Positions 18,370-27,312 of a stretch of DNA of 37,703 bases are shown here, one piece after another. The notes under the pieces were generated by a model that was not told the DNA's origin, made no database searches, and saw only the letters and a list, made by a program, of their open reading frames with translations. Origin of the DNA: an uncultured bacterium (lineage in GTDB: Bacteria; Lernaellota; Lernaellaia; Lernaellales; Lernaellaceae); contig CAZHPN010000039.1 of the NCBI GenBank assembly GCA_964534375.1, forward strand, positions 1-37,703, written 5' to 3'. The position numbers were made by a program, and so were the translations under genes. The stretch's first letter is position 1, and each line of letters begins with the position of its first letter.

Positions 18370-19646
18370 TCACGGCCGCGGGAAGTTCTCGGCGAACCAT
18401 TTGGCGAAGATCTCGGCGTTTTGTTGCGCGCGGGCGACGAACTGCGGGTGCATCGCGGCGATGCGCGCCTTCACTCGCCTTCGCGGTCGATCAGGCGGCG
18501 CGTCATTTCGATCAGCCGTTCGTAGAGGTTGTCGACGTGCGGCGCCGGCTCGGGGTGCTTCACGTAATCGACGTACATATCCATGATGTCCAATTCGCGG
18601 AACACCGCTTCGCAGCGCGTGTCGGACGACACGGCGATCATCGGGATCGCCGAACACGACGACAGCACGACCGCGTGATACCGCGTCGTGATCAGCGCCT
18701 TAAGGACCGACAACACCGAGATGATGTCGTCGACGATATATTCGTCGCTGGCCACGATGACGGCGCGGTCCTTGCGTTTCATCGCCTCGCGAATGCGCCG
18801 CGTCGGCGGCAGGTCCATGCTCTCCATCGAAATCAGCGCAATGTCGGCGTCGTAGGTCTCGACGCACCAATCGGCGTGCCGCGCCGACTGCGCGATGTAG
18901 CGCGCGCTGCTTTCTTTGCCGCCCTGCGGCCATTGGTGATAAAATGGGTACATATAGAGATCTTCTTTGGGCCCCCATGGCCGGAAGGCGATCGGCCACC
19001 AAAAAAACTCCTTCGGCGCAATGCCGATAATTGGCCGCTGTTGCGGATCGAGGCCGATTTTTTGCAGCACCGCCTGGCGATATTCCGGCGGCGGCAGCGG
19101 ATATTCATAGGCGCCGTCGGCGGTCTCGTGGATTTCCTTGGTCACGCCGTATTCGCGCATGCGGGCCGCAGCGTCGGGATTGCGCAGCATGATCAAATCG
19201 GCGCGGTTGAGCGTGTCGCGCACGACGCCCTGGTTGAACGGCTTGAGGTGGCCGCAATCGTTGGCGTAGGCGATGACGGTTTTGCCTTTGAGCTTCTGGA
19301 TCCGCGCCGCGGCGCAAAACGCGTACAGAAACAGCGACGAGAAGTGGTCGATGAACGTCGAGCCTTCCGAGAGGAAGAACAGATCGTAGCCCGGGCCGAA
19401 CATCTCCCGCGGGTTGCGCACGAGCATCGCCGGGTCGACCCGCAGCATTTTCGCGTCGGGATAATCGCGCAGATAACGCCGCTGCTTGGTTTCGTCGAGC
19501 GTCAGGATCGTCAGATCGCCGACGCGATCGCCGACCACGTCGCGGATCGTTTTCAACGTCGTGAGCAGTTTCGCCTCGGAACCGGTGTTGTTGGCGCCGT
19601 TGTACCCGAAGCACGCGACACTCAGTTTTTCCTTGTTTTTCGACAT
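18370..19646 (-). CDS. Polysaccharide pyruvyl transferase family protein, apparently frameshifted near its 3' end
   Basis: GYNGANNTGSEA, IMLRN, TADGA, LITTRYHAVV..S...IPMIAV. The main ORF stops at 18471, but a codon-biased helical tail (KARIAAMHPQF...FPRP) continues in the adjacent frame to 18370. Confidence 0.75.
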
Positions 19647-19734
19647 CTTCGGCGTCCTCGCGAGATGGTAGTGGAACGGAGATAACCAATGGACGAAATT
19701 TGAGCCAGCGGTTTTGCCTTGTCAATCCGCGGGA

Positions 19735-19960
19735 AACCGCGAAGGACGGATTTTGGGACCGCGAAGGAGGGATTGTTTTCTGTAACCGCGAATGCACGCG
19801 AATAGGCATGAAAAATACGAGGCGGGAAGACAGGGAACCGCGAATGCGCGTGAATAAGCTCATGAACATGCATATCCGTTCCGATTCGCGTGCATTCGCG
19901 TGAATTCGCGGTTAAACCCCTGATCCTTTCGCGGTTCAATCCCGCGGTTCTTGACGCGGC
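19735..19960. repeat. Nested palindromic intergenic element (AACCGCGAATGCACGCGAAT ... ATTCGCGTGCATTCGCG..GGTT)
   Basis: Arms at 19784-19803 and 19884-19913, flanked by ACCGCGAAGG / CCTTTCGCGGTT. A related copy lies at 23539-23733. Confidence 0.75.
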
Positions 19961-20024
19961 GGAGGGGAACCGCGACAATTGGTTTTTGTGACCGGCGTTG
20001 TTCCGTCGAGAAAGAGATGCACCG

Positions 20025-21215
20025 ATGATAGGCAAACCATTCGCGGCGATCGCCATTTTGTCGTTTCTCGTGCTCGGCGCCGCGTGGGCCGCGGCCGACG
20101 ATCTCGAGCAGGTGCAACAGGCGATTGCCGGCCAGGGCCTGCGTTGGACGGCCGCGCCGCCGCTGTTCACCTTCGATGATTTTCGCGCGCGGCTGGGCGG
20201 CCGCGCGTCCGACATCGCCGCCCCGCCCCGGCCGGAGCGGTTCCGCCTGACGTTGCCGGCGACGTTCGACTGGCGGAACGAAAATGCGGTGACGCCGGTG
20301 CGCGATCAGGGCATGTGCGGCAGTTGCTGGGCGTTCAGCGCCGTCGCCGCGCTCGAATCGGCGGCCGTGCGCACGGCCGGCTATCCGCTGACGCTCGACC
20401 TTTCGGAGCAGTATCTCGTTTCGTGCGAAAGCGATCAGAGCGGTTGCGTGGGCGGTTATCTGACCAACGTGTTGGCGTACCTGCGCGGCAACGGCACGGT
20501 CGACTCGGCGTGTTTCCCGTACGGCGAACTGTTGTGGTTGACCGGCGAACCGGTCGAAAGCTGCGCGCCGTGTTCGGATTGGCAAACGGGCCTGTACAAG
20601 GTGGGCGACTACGCCAGCGTCAACGCCGACGTCGATTCGCTGAAGCAGGCCGTGTACCAGAACGGCCCGTTGTCGGTCACGATGGACGTTTACGAGGATT
20701 TCTACTTCTATTTCGGCGGCATTTATTCGTACGCCTGGGGCAAGCTGGTCGGCTCCCATGTGATCTTGCTGATCGGCTGGGACGACGCCGACCAATGCTT
20801 CGTCGTGAAAAATTCGTGGGGCACGTGGTGGGGCGAGAAAGGCTTCTTCCGCATCGCCTACAGCGAGGTCGGCGGCAAAACGCAATTTGCGTCGGAAGCG
20901 TATTGGGTCGCGTTCGGCTCCGGCCCGGGGTGCACTGCCGCGACCTGCCCGAACGGCTGTTGCGACGGGACGCAATGCCTCCCCGGAACCGCCGACGCCG
21001 CCTGCGGCGCCGGCGGCGCCGAGTGCGTCGCCTGCGCCGCGGGCAAGCATTGCCAAAGCGGCCAATGCGCGCCCGGCGCCGACGACGACGGTGCGCCCGA
21101 CGACGATGACGACAACGACGATAACGACAACGACGATAACGACAGCGCGCCCGACGACGGCGCCACGCCCGCCCCGGCCACGCACTCCGGCAGCGGCGGC
21201 GGCTGCGGGCGGTGA
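20025..21215 (+). CDS. Secreted papain-like cysteine protease (C1A) with Cys-rich and Asp-rich C-terminal regions
   Basis: Signal peptide, LPATFDWR, QGMCGSCWAF (catalytic Cys), DLSEQYLVSC, GSHVILLIGW (His), KNSWG (Asn). Ends with an Asp-rich tract and SGSGGGCGR. Confidence 0.93.
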   Translation: MIGKPFAAIAILSFLVLGAAWAAADDLEQVQQAIAGQGLRWTAAPPLFTFDDFRARLGGRASDIAAPPRPERFRLTLPATFDWRNENAVTPVRDQGMCGSCWAFSAVAALESAAVRTAGYPLTLDLSEQYLVSCESDQSGCVGGYLTNVLAYLRGNGTVDSACFPYGELLWLTGEPVESCAPCSDWQTGLYKVGDYASVNADVDSLKQAVYQNGPLSVTMDVYEDFYFYFGGIYSYAWGKLVGSHVILLIGWDDADQCFVVKNSWGTWWGEKGFFRIAYSEVGGKTQFASEAYWVAFGSGPGCTAATCPNGCCDGTQCLPGTADAACGAGGAECVACAAGKHCQSGQCAPGADDDGAPDDDDDNDDNDNDDNDSAPDDGATPAPATHSGSGGGCGR

Positions 21216-21499
21216 GACGACAGAGATAAGACAGCTTGGAAATGACGATTTAATTTCTGATAGGAAATGTGAGAGGAGTGGGAGCCATGGGAAACATGGG
21301 AGTGATGGGGCTCGACCGGACCTGGAGAGACTGTCGATTTTCTTGCGAAACCCCGACAATCGTTGCGCCCGGCGTTGCGGGGGCGGGCTCTTCCGGGTGT
21401 GATCTTACGAACTGCGCCTGGAAAGGCCCGCTGGCAGATGGAGGCGCGGCAAGCGGCGCCCCTGCTTCTGTCTTTTGAGTTCTATCTTCCGACTTCTCG

Positions 21500-22522
21500 T
21501 CAGTCGAACCGTTTCACGCGGAAATGGCAGTAGGGAGTTTCGCCGTTCTTGAAGTAGTAATCCTGGTGGTAATCCTCGGCCTTCCAGAAATGGCCGGCGG
21601 GGACGACCTGAGTCACGACTTTGAAGCCTTTGGCGCGCAGTTGGCCGATGAGTTTTTCCGCGACCGCCTTCTGCTCGTCGTTGCTGTAGAACACGATCGA
21701 GCGATATTGCGTGCCGACGTCCGGCCCCTGGCGATTGACCTCGGTCGGGTCGTGAATCTCGAAAAACAGCTTGGCGAGCTGCTCGTACGAAACGCGGGTC
21801 GGATCGTACGTGACCATCACCGTTTCGGCGTGGCCGGTGCGCCCGCCGCTGACGTCGCGATAGGACGGCGAATCCATCGTCCCGCCCATGTAGCCGACCT
21901 CGGCGGCGATCACGCCCGGCTGCTGCCGCAGATAATACTCGACGCCCCAGAAGCAGCCGCCGGCGAAATAGGCGGTCAGCGCGGGCCCGGCGGCCTCGGC
22001 CTTCGCGGCCTGGACGGCGACGACCGCGCCGGCGCCGGTCGGCGCGCCGCGCGCGAAGTCGAGCGAGACGGAATTGACGCAGAAGCGCGCCTCTTTGGGC
22101 GTGAAGTTTTCGCCGAAGAAGACGTGGCCGAGGTGGGCGCCGCAGGCGGCGCAAACGATTTCGACGCGGCTGCCGTCGGCGTCGGGGATTTGCTTCACGG
22201 CGCCGGGCAAGGCCTCGTCAAAGCTCGGCCAGCCGGTGCCCGAGTTGAATTTCGCCGCCGACGAAAAGAGCGCAGCGCCGCACCGTTTGCAGTGATAGAC
22301 GCCGGTTTCGTGGTTGGCCAGCAAGGCGCCGCTGAACGGGGCCTCGGTGCCCTTGTACACGATGACCCGTTCTTCCTCGGGCGTCAGCCGATGATGGGAT
22401 GGCATCGCCGTTTGCTCCGTTTGTTCCGTTTTTTCCTTGGCCGCCCGGACGACACTGATCGTGAAGATCACGATCGCGGCGACCGTCCCAAGCGCAAAAA
22501 TCGCCGTTTTCCAACGCTCCAT
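21500..22522 (-). CDS. msrAB: Bifunctional peptide methionine sulfoxide reductase MsrB/MsrA, exported
   Basis: MsrB motifs GTEAPF, GTGWPSF, HLGHVF, RFCVNS. MsrA motifs AGGCFWGVE, GHAE, NRQGPDVGTQYRS, AEDYHQDY. N-terminal hydrophobic segment. Confidence 0.95.
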   Translation of the reverse strand: MERWKTAIFALGTVAAIVIFTISVVRAAKEKTEQTEQTAMPSHHRLTPEEERVIVYKGTEAPFSGALLANHETGVYHCKRCGAALFSSAAKFNSGTGWPSFDEALPGAVKQIPDADGSRVEIVCAACGAHLGHVFFGENFTPKEARFCVNSVSLDFARGAPTGAGAVVAVQAAKAEAAGPALTAYFAGGCFWGVEYYLRQQPGVIAAEVGYMGGTMDSPSYRDVSGGRTGHAETVMVTYDPTRVSYEQLAKLFFEIHDPTEVNRQGPDVGTQYRSIVFYSNDEQKAVAEKLIGQLRAKGFKVVTQVVPAGHFWKAEDYHQDYYFKNGETPYCHFRVKRFD

Positions 22523-22546
22523 ACCGCGCCTCTCCGTTCCGCGCCG

Positions 22547-23434
22547 TCAGATCGCCTTGCGGGGCGCGTCGACGCCGAAGCAGCAGTGCAGCCAGTCGCC
22601 GAGCTTCAGCGGCCGGATGCCGTATTTGGTCGCCAGGGCGTCGATGTCCGCCGAGTAGCCGACGGTCTCGAACCACTCCGACATCTTCGCCATGTCTTCG
22701 CTCATCGCGCGCACCTGGTCGATGGGCACGCTGACGAAGGTGATGGGCCGGCCGAGCGCTTCCGTGAGCAACTCCGCGGCCTGCGGCAACGTCACCTCGT
22801 CGCCGGCGAGGTCGATCTCGGCGCCGCCCAGTTCGCCTGCCTTTTCGAAGAGCAGCGCGCCATAGCGTCCGATGTCGTCAACGGCGATCATCTGGAGGCT
22901 GGTCGTCGGGCTGAGCGCCATGAAGAGCGTGTCGTTCTTAAGGATCCAATCCGCGTTGAGGTTCTCCATGAAGAACACCGGCCGCAAAATGGCCCACGAG
23001 GGGAAATTCAGCGACTTCACATATTGCTCAATCCGGTATTTGCTGTCGAAGTGCGGTATGCCGGTCGACAAGGGCGCCGACCCGACCGACGCCTGCACGT
23101 AACGCTGCACGCCGCTGTCGCGCGCGACGCGCGCCAGGCGTTTGCCCTGTTCCTCCTCGCCAAGGACGCCGGCTTCCCAACTATTCTGCACGGCGTACAC
23201 GCCCCAGACGCCGGCGAGCGCCGGGCGCAACGATTCTTCGATGTCGAGATCGCCCTTGACGACCTCGATTCCGAGCTTCGCGAGGTCTTTCGCCGAGTCC
23301 TTGAACGGATTGCGCGTCATCGCCCGCAGGCGGAAACCGCGCTTCTTCAATAGATGCCGCAGCACGGCCCCGCCCTGGTGGCCGGTGGCGCCGGTGACGA
23401 GGATCGTCCGCATGTCTTCTTTCACTCTGGCCAT
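22547..23434 (-). CDS. NmrA/HSCARG family NAD(P)-binding protein
   Basis: ILVTGATGHQGGAV, PHFDSK, LRPVFFMEN, IAVDDIG. AAGGAG RBS before the ATG at 23434. Confidence 0.92.
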   Translation of the reverse strand: MARVKEDMRTILVTGATGHQGGAVLRHLLKKRGFRLRAMTRNPFKDSAKDLAKLGIEVVKGDLDIEESLRPALAGVWGVYAVQNSWEAGVLGEEEQGKRLARVARDSGVQRYVQASVGSAPLSTGIPHFDSKYRIEQYVKSLNFPSWAILRPVFFMENLNADWILKNDTLFMALSPTTSLQMIAVDDIGRYGALLFEKAGELGGAEIDLAGDEVTLPQAAELLTEALGRPITFVSVPIDQVRAMSEDMAKMSEWFETVGYSADIDALATKYGIRPLKLGDWLHCCFGVDAPRKAI

Positions 23435-23538
23435 GTTTTGCTCCTTATTGCAGCGGCCGCGCCGCCATTTTTTACCGCAAACAAGGTAAGAACTGGTCTC
23501 AATAAATGCCAGTACGGCCACCGCTGATTTTATTTTTT

Positions 23539-23733
23539 AACCGCCAAGGAAAGGAAAGTGGAGGATTTTTTTGAAACCGCGTATGCACGCGAATGCACGC
23601 GAATAAGAACGCTTTCGGCATGATTCGTGGGCATTCATTGCCAGAAACATGCCTATTCGCGTGCATTCGCGTGCATTCGCGGTTCCCAATTCCTTCCCTT
23701 CGCGGTTCCAAATTCATTCCCTTCGCGGTTCCC
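23539..23733. repeat. Second copy of the nested palindromic intergenic element
   Basis: AACCGCGTATGCACGCGAATGCACGCGAATA (from 23575) pairs with TATTCGCGTGCATTCGCGTGCATTCGCGGTT (to 23684). Followed by two CCTTCGCGGTTCC units. Confidence 0.75.
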
Positions 23734-23822
23734 ACGGTTGACAGGAACGGTGAAAAATGGTTTTCCAAGTTGACCGTCGCCGGCACGCCAGCCCGACGGG
23801 AAAACAGGTCGCCGCCGCAGTC

Positions 23823-25577
23823 ATGCCGAAAAGCAACGAGTTGTCTCGCGCCCGCGTTTACGACGGCTCGGCGGCGCTGCTGATCGCGGCGGTCTTCGCC
23901 ATGCTCGGCGTGCGCAACACGTGGTGGCACACCAACGACTCGTACACGAATCGCGTGTGCTGGGACCACTGGGTGCTGCAATCGATCGCCGGCTTCGACG
24001 AGCAAGGCGGCCTGCGCAAAAACGACTTCCTGCCCTCGGCGATCGTCAACGGCAACGGCTGCATCCATTACGCCGGCCACTACGCGCACACCCCGCCCGG
24101 CAACGAGATTTTTTACACGACGCTCTACGAGCTCGGCCTGAACACGGTGCACCGCCTGCGCTGGGCGGCGATCGCGCTGAACGTGCTGGCGCTCGCCGGG
24201 TTGTACGCGGCGCTGGCGCGGCTCGCGAACCGGCCGTTCGCGCTGACGGCGCTGTTGCTGGTCGCGGCCAACTCGCTGTTCTGGGAAAAGGCCGACAGCC
24301 TCTACGAGCCGGGCTTTCAATTGCCGCACCAGGCGCTGCTGCTGCTCGGGCTCGGGCTGCTGGCGAGCGACCGCGTGCGCGCGGGCGTCGCGCTGGTCTG
24401 GCTGGCGTCGTTTTGGCAGGGGGCCGTCGCGGCGACGTATCACATTCAGACGCTGTTTCTCATCGGCGGCGTCTGGCTGACGATGAAAAATCGCAACCGC
24501 CTGCTGCCGTATTTCGCGCTGGCGGCGAGCGGCGGCTTCGTCGCGGTGCTGCTGCATTTCCTGCAAACGGCCAAGACCTTTGGCGGCGCGGCGGCGGCGT
24601 TCGCCGACTGGACCGGCGTGCTGCGCGTGCGGGCCTTCGCGCAGCCGACGGTCGAACCGGGCGAAACGGCCGTCTTCGCCTCGTACGGCGATTACCTGGT
24701 AAAGGTCTACCACCGCTATCTGTATGACCGCGGCATCGACGGCGCCCTCGCCCTGCCCGTGCTGCTGGCCTTCGGCGTGCTGCTGTTCGCGGTTTACGTG
24801 CAGAAAAATACGACGTGGCGCAAGCACCTCGTGCGCTACGCCTGCCTGGTCGCCGGCGCGAGCGCCTGGGTGTTTCTGATGCGCGAGGATTCCTACCGCT
24901 GCTGCGGCGGCGTGCGCCACGAGTTGTCGCTGATGCTGCTGATCGCCTACGCCGTGACCTTCGCCGCCTATTTCGGCTGGCTCGGTTCGCCGGCGGCGGG
25001 CGCGCGGCCGCAGCGGGCGGCGGCGCTCGCGCTCACGCCGTTCGTGCTGTATCTGGCGTACGCGCGCACGGCCGACTTGCGGCCGTTTTTCCGCACGGAG
25101 TTCAACTGGGCGGCGAGCCCGCTGGCGCGCGACGCGGGTCTGGAGACCGGCATCGTCGGCTATTGGCCGACGGCCGGGCTCGAGGGGCCGTCGAACCCAG
25201 CGGCGCTTTTCGAATTCGCCCCGCAGCACGACGTGTATCTCGCGCGGGTCCGGCGGAGAGACGCCTGCGCGCCGGCCGACGCCGCCTGCCGCGACGCGAC
25301 GCAGGCCGTGCAAACGGTCTCGCTGCGGAAGATCGCGCCGACGAAGTTGGAGGCCGCGTTCGCCAGTCGCGAGCCGTGCCAGATGCAGGTGAACTTCTAT
25401 GCGCTCAACGACCCGGCGGCGTGCGACCGGCGGCTGCTGGGCTCGGCCGCGCTGTCGTTCACCGGCGCGGGCGAGGCGACGCTCGCGCTCGAACCGGTCG
25501 CGACGCGCTGGCATCGGCTGGAAATCGTCGCCGGCGATTGCCCCGCGCCGCAATTGAAGTATATAAAGTTGCATTGA
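23823..25577 (+). CDS. Multi-pass membrane protein, probable GT-C fold glycosyltransferase (ArnT/PMT-like)
   Basis: Many hydrophobic helices, YAHTPPG motif in the first extracytoplasmic loop, soluble C-terminal domain. Start uncertain. Confidence 0.55.
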   Translation: MPKSNELSRARVYDGSAALLIAAVFAMLGVRNTWWHTNDSYTNRVCWDHWVLQSIAGFDEQGGLRKNDFLPSAIVNGNGCIHYAGHYAHTPPGNEIFYTTLYELGLNTVHRLRWAAIALNVLALAGLYAALARLANRPFALTALLLVAANSLFWEKADSLYEPGFQLPHQALLLLGLGLLASDRVRAGVALVWLASFWQGAVAATYHIQTLFLIGGVWLTMKNRNRLLPYFALAASGGFVAVLLHFLQTAKTFGGAAAAFADWTGVLRVRAFAQPTVEPGETAVFASYGDYLVKVYHRYLYDRGIDGALALPVLLAFGVLLFAVYVQKNTTWRKHLVRYACLVAGASAWVFLMREDSYRCCGGVRHELSLMLLIAYAVTFAAYFGWLGSPAAGARPQRAAALALTPFVLYLAYARTADLRPFFRTEFNWAASPLARDAGLETGIVGYWPTAGLEGPSNPAALFEFAPQHDVYLARVRRRDACAPADAACRDATQAVQTVSLRKIAPTKLEAAFASREPCQMQVNFYALNDPAACDRRLLGSAALSFTGAGEATLALEPVATRWHRLEIVAGDCPAPQLKYIKLH

Positions 25578-25594
25578 TTTCGTTCGAGGTTTCG

Positions 25595-26176
25595 ATGAAA
25601 GTTCTGCGCCGCCTGCCCCTGCTCGTCGCGCTCGCGCTGGCGGCGCTGCTGCCGCCGCGCGGCGGGCTCGCCGGCGATTATCGCAAATTCTCGTGGGGCG
25701 TCGCGATCGACGAGGTCAAGGACAAGGAACGCGATTTTCGTTTTTTCTATCGCGGCGAGGACAAGCTTTATTACAAGGGCCGCGTCGCCGGCTACCCCGC
25801 CGCGATCATTTACCTGTTCACCGACAGCCGTTTGAGTGAAGTGACGGTGCTGATCGAGCAGAAGCACACGAACAACCAGGAATTCATCGCCGATTACAAA
25901 AAGCTGCTCGGCCTGCTTTCGGAGAAATACGGCAAGCCGGCGAAGGAAGAGCAAGTCTGGAGCGGCGGCGATTTTCTGCGCCACAATCAGGACGTCTGGG
26001 GCGACGCGGTGGCCGGCGGCTACCTCGAATTTCGGGCGCAATGGCAGGACGAGCGCACGGCGATCCAGCTCATCCTCGGTGGCGACAACATGCACGTGAG
26101 CCTCGGCATCACGTACAGCGATCGCAAAGCGGAGAAGGCGAAGGCTTCGCCGCCGTCGGCGACGAAGGATTTGTGA
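25595..26176 (+). CDS. Hypothetical secreted protein
   Basis: GAGG RBS, signal peptide MKVLRRLPLLVALALAALL, strong codon bias, motifs YRKFSWG and LSEKYGKP. Confidence 0.8.
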   Translation: MKVLRRLPLLVALALAALLPPRGGLAGDYRKFSWGVAIDEVKDKERDFRFFYRGEDKLYYKGRVAGYPAAIIYLFTDSRLSEVTVLIEQKHTNNQEFIADYKKLLGLLSEKYGKPAKEEQVWSGGDFLRHNQDVWGDAVAGGYLEFRAQWQDERTAIQLILGGDNMHVSLGITYSDRKAEKAKASPPSATKDL

Positions 26177-26186
26177 TTCGGACTTT

Positions 26187-26257
26187 CACCACAGAGGCAC
26201 AGAGGGCACAGAGGATTTTAATAAATTTGACTCTGTGATCTCTTTGCCTCTGTGGTT
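26187..26257. repeat. Inverted-repeat element (ACCACAGAGGCACAGAG ... CTCTTTGCCTCTGTGGT) between convergent genes
   Basis: Long imperfect hairpin around an AT-rich loop. It may act as a bidirectional terminator. Confidence 0.7.
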
Positions 26258-26289
26258 TAATTCATATTGAAACAAACGAATCTCCGTGT

Positions 26290-27312
26290 TTAGCCCTCCG
26301 GATATCCGAACTTCGCCCGGAAATGTTCGCAGCACTTCCGAAAAACGTAGCTGATGAAGAACCCGGACGAGTAGTGCCCGGTCGGGATGATCAGGCGCTG
26401 CGGCCGGCCCGCGGCTTCCCACCATTCGTTCGCTAACTCGAAGGGCACCACGTCGTCGAAGCGCGCCGAGATGACCAGCACCTTCCGCGGGTCGACGCGC
26501 GGCGCGAGCACGCGCGGGTCGATGTCGGCGATGTATTTCGCCGCCTGCGCCCGCATCGCGGGCGCATCCCAGCCGTACATCTTGTTGATGCGCGCGCGCA
26601 GGTCGATGACCTCCGGCTCGCCGCTGATTTCCAGCAGCCGCGGAAAATCCGCGCCGTTGAGCATCAGCACGGCGGCCGCGATGCGGTCGTCGACAGCGAC
26701 TAGCAGGCTGCTGAGCATGCCGCCCATCGAGATGCCCGTGACGCCGAGTCGATGCGGGTCGACTTCGGGCTGCGCCAACCACCAATCGAGGCAGCGGCGT
26801 TGGTCGATGATCGTCTGAAGGATCACCTGGCGCGTGTGTTGAAAACCCTTTTCGATCGCGAACAGGCCTTCTTTGCGTTCGATCAGCAGCGCGTGAAACC
26901 CCTGCTCGGCGTAGTGGCTCGCGAAGAACTTCTCCGGTTCGTAGTCGCCCCCGAGAATCGGCACCTGGACGATGGCGGCGCGGCGATGATTGTCTTTCTG
27001 GCGGTAGTACCAGGCGACCGTCTCGCGGTTGATCGGATCGCTCTGGTCGTACGAAGGAAACACCACGCGATAGATTTCGTAGCCCGGGTGGTCTTCCTTC
27101 AATTCCACCCGCGCCTCGATCGGCCGCTTTTCATAATCGAACAACTTCAGGATGGTTGGCGCGGGCGCAACCGGCGGCTGGGAGGCTGAGAGGCTGGGAG
27201 ACTGAGAGGCCGGCAGGCGCGCGGCGGCGCACGCCCCGAGCATGAGCGAAACGAAGAGGATTGCGATGCGAGAAAGGCGCGCGCGCCGGTGCATTTTCGC
27301 CTCCGCCGTCAT
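26290..27312 (-). CDS. Alpha/beta hydrolase, probable lipoprotein
   Basis: Lipobox-like LMLGAC, nucleophile elbow GISMGG, Asp in ARFDDVVP, His in PTGHYS. ATGA overlap with the upstream stop at 27309-27312. Confidence 0.85.
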   Translation of the reverse strand: MTAEAKMHRRARLSRIAILFVSLMLGACAAARLPASQSPSLSASQPPVAPAPTILKLFDYEKRPIEARVELKEDHPGYEIYRVVFPSYDQSDPINRETVAWYYRQKDNHRRAAIVQVPILGGDYEPEKFFASHYAEQGFHALLIERKEGLFAIEKGFQHTRQVILQTIIDQRRCLDWWLAQPEVDPHRLGVTGISMGGMLSSLLVAVDDRIAAAVLMLNGADFPRLLEISGEPEVIDLRARINKMYGWDAPAMRAQAAKYIADIDPRVLAPRVDPRKVLVISARFDDVVPFELANEWWEAAGRPQRLIIPTGHYSSGFFISYVFRKCCEHFRAKFGYPEG

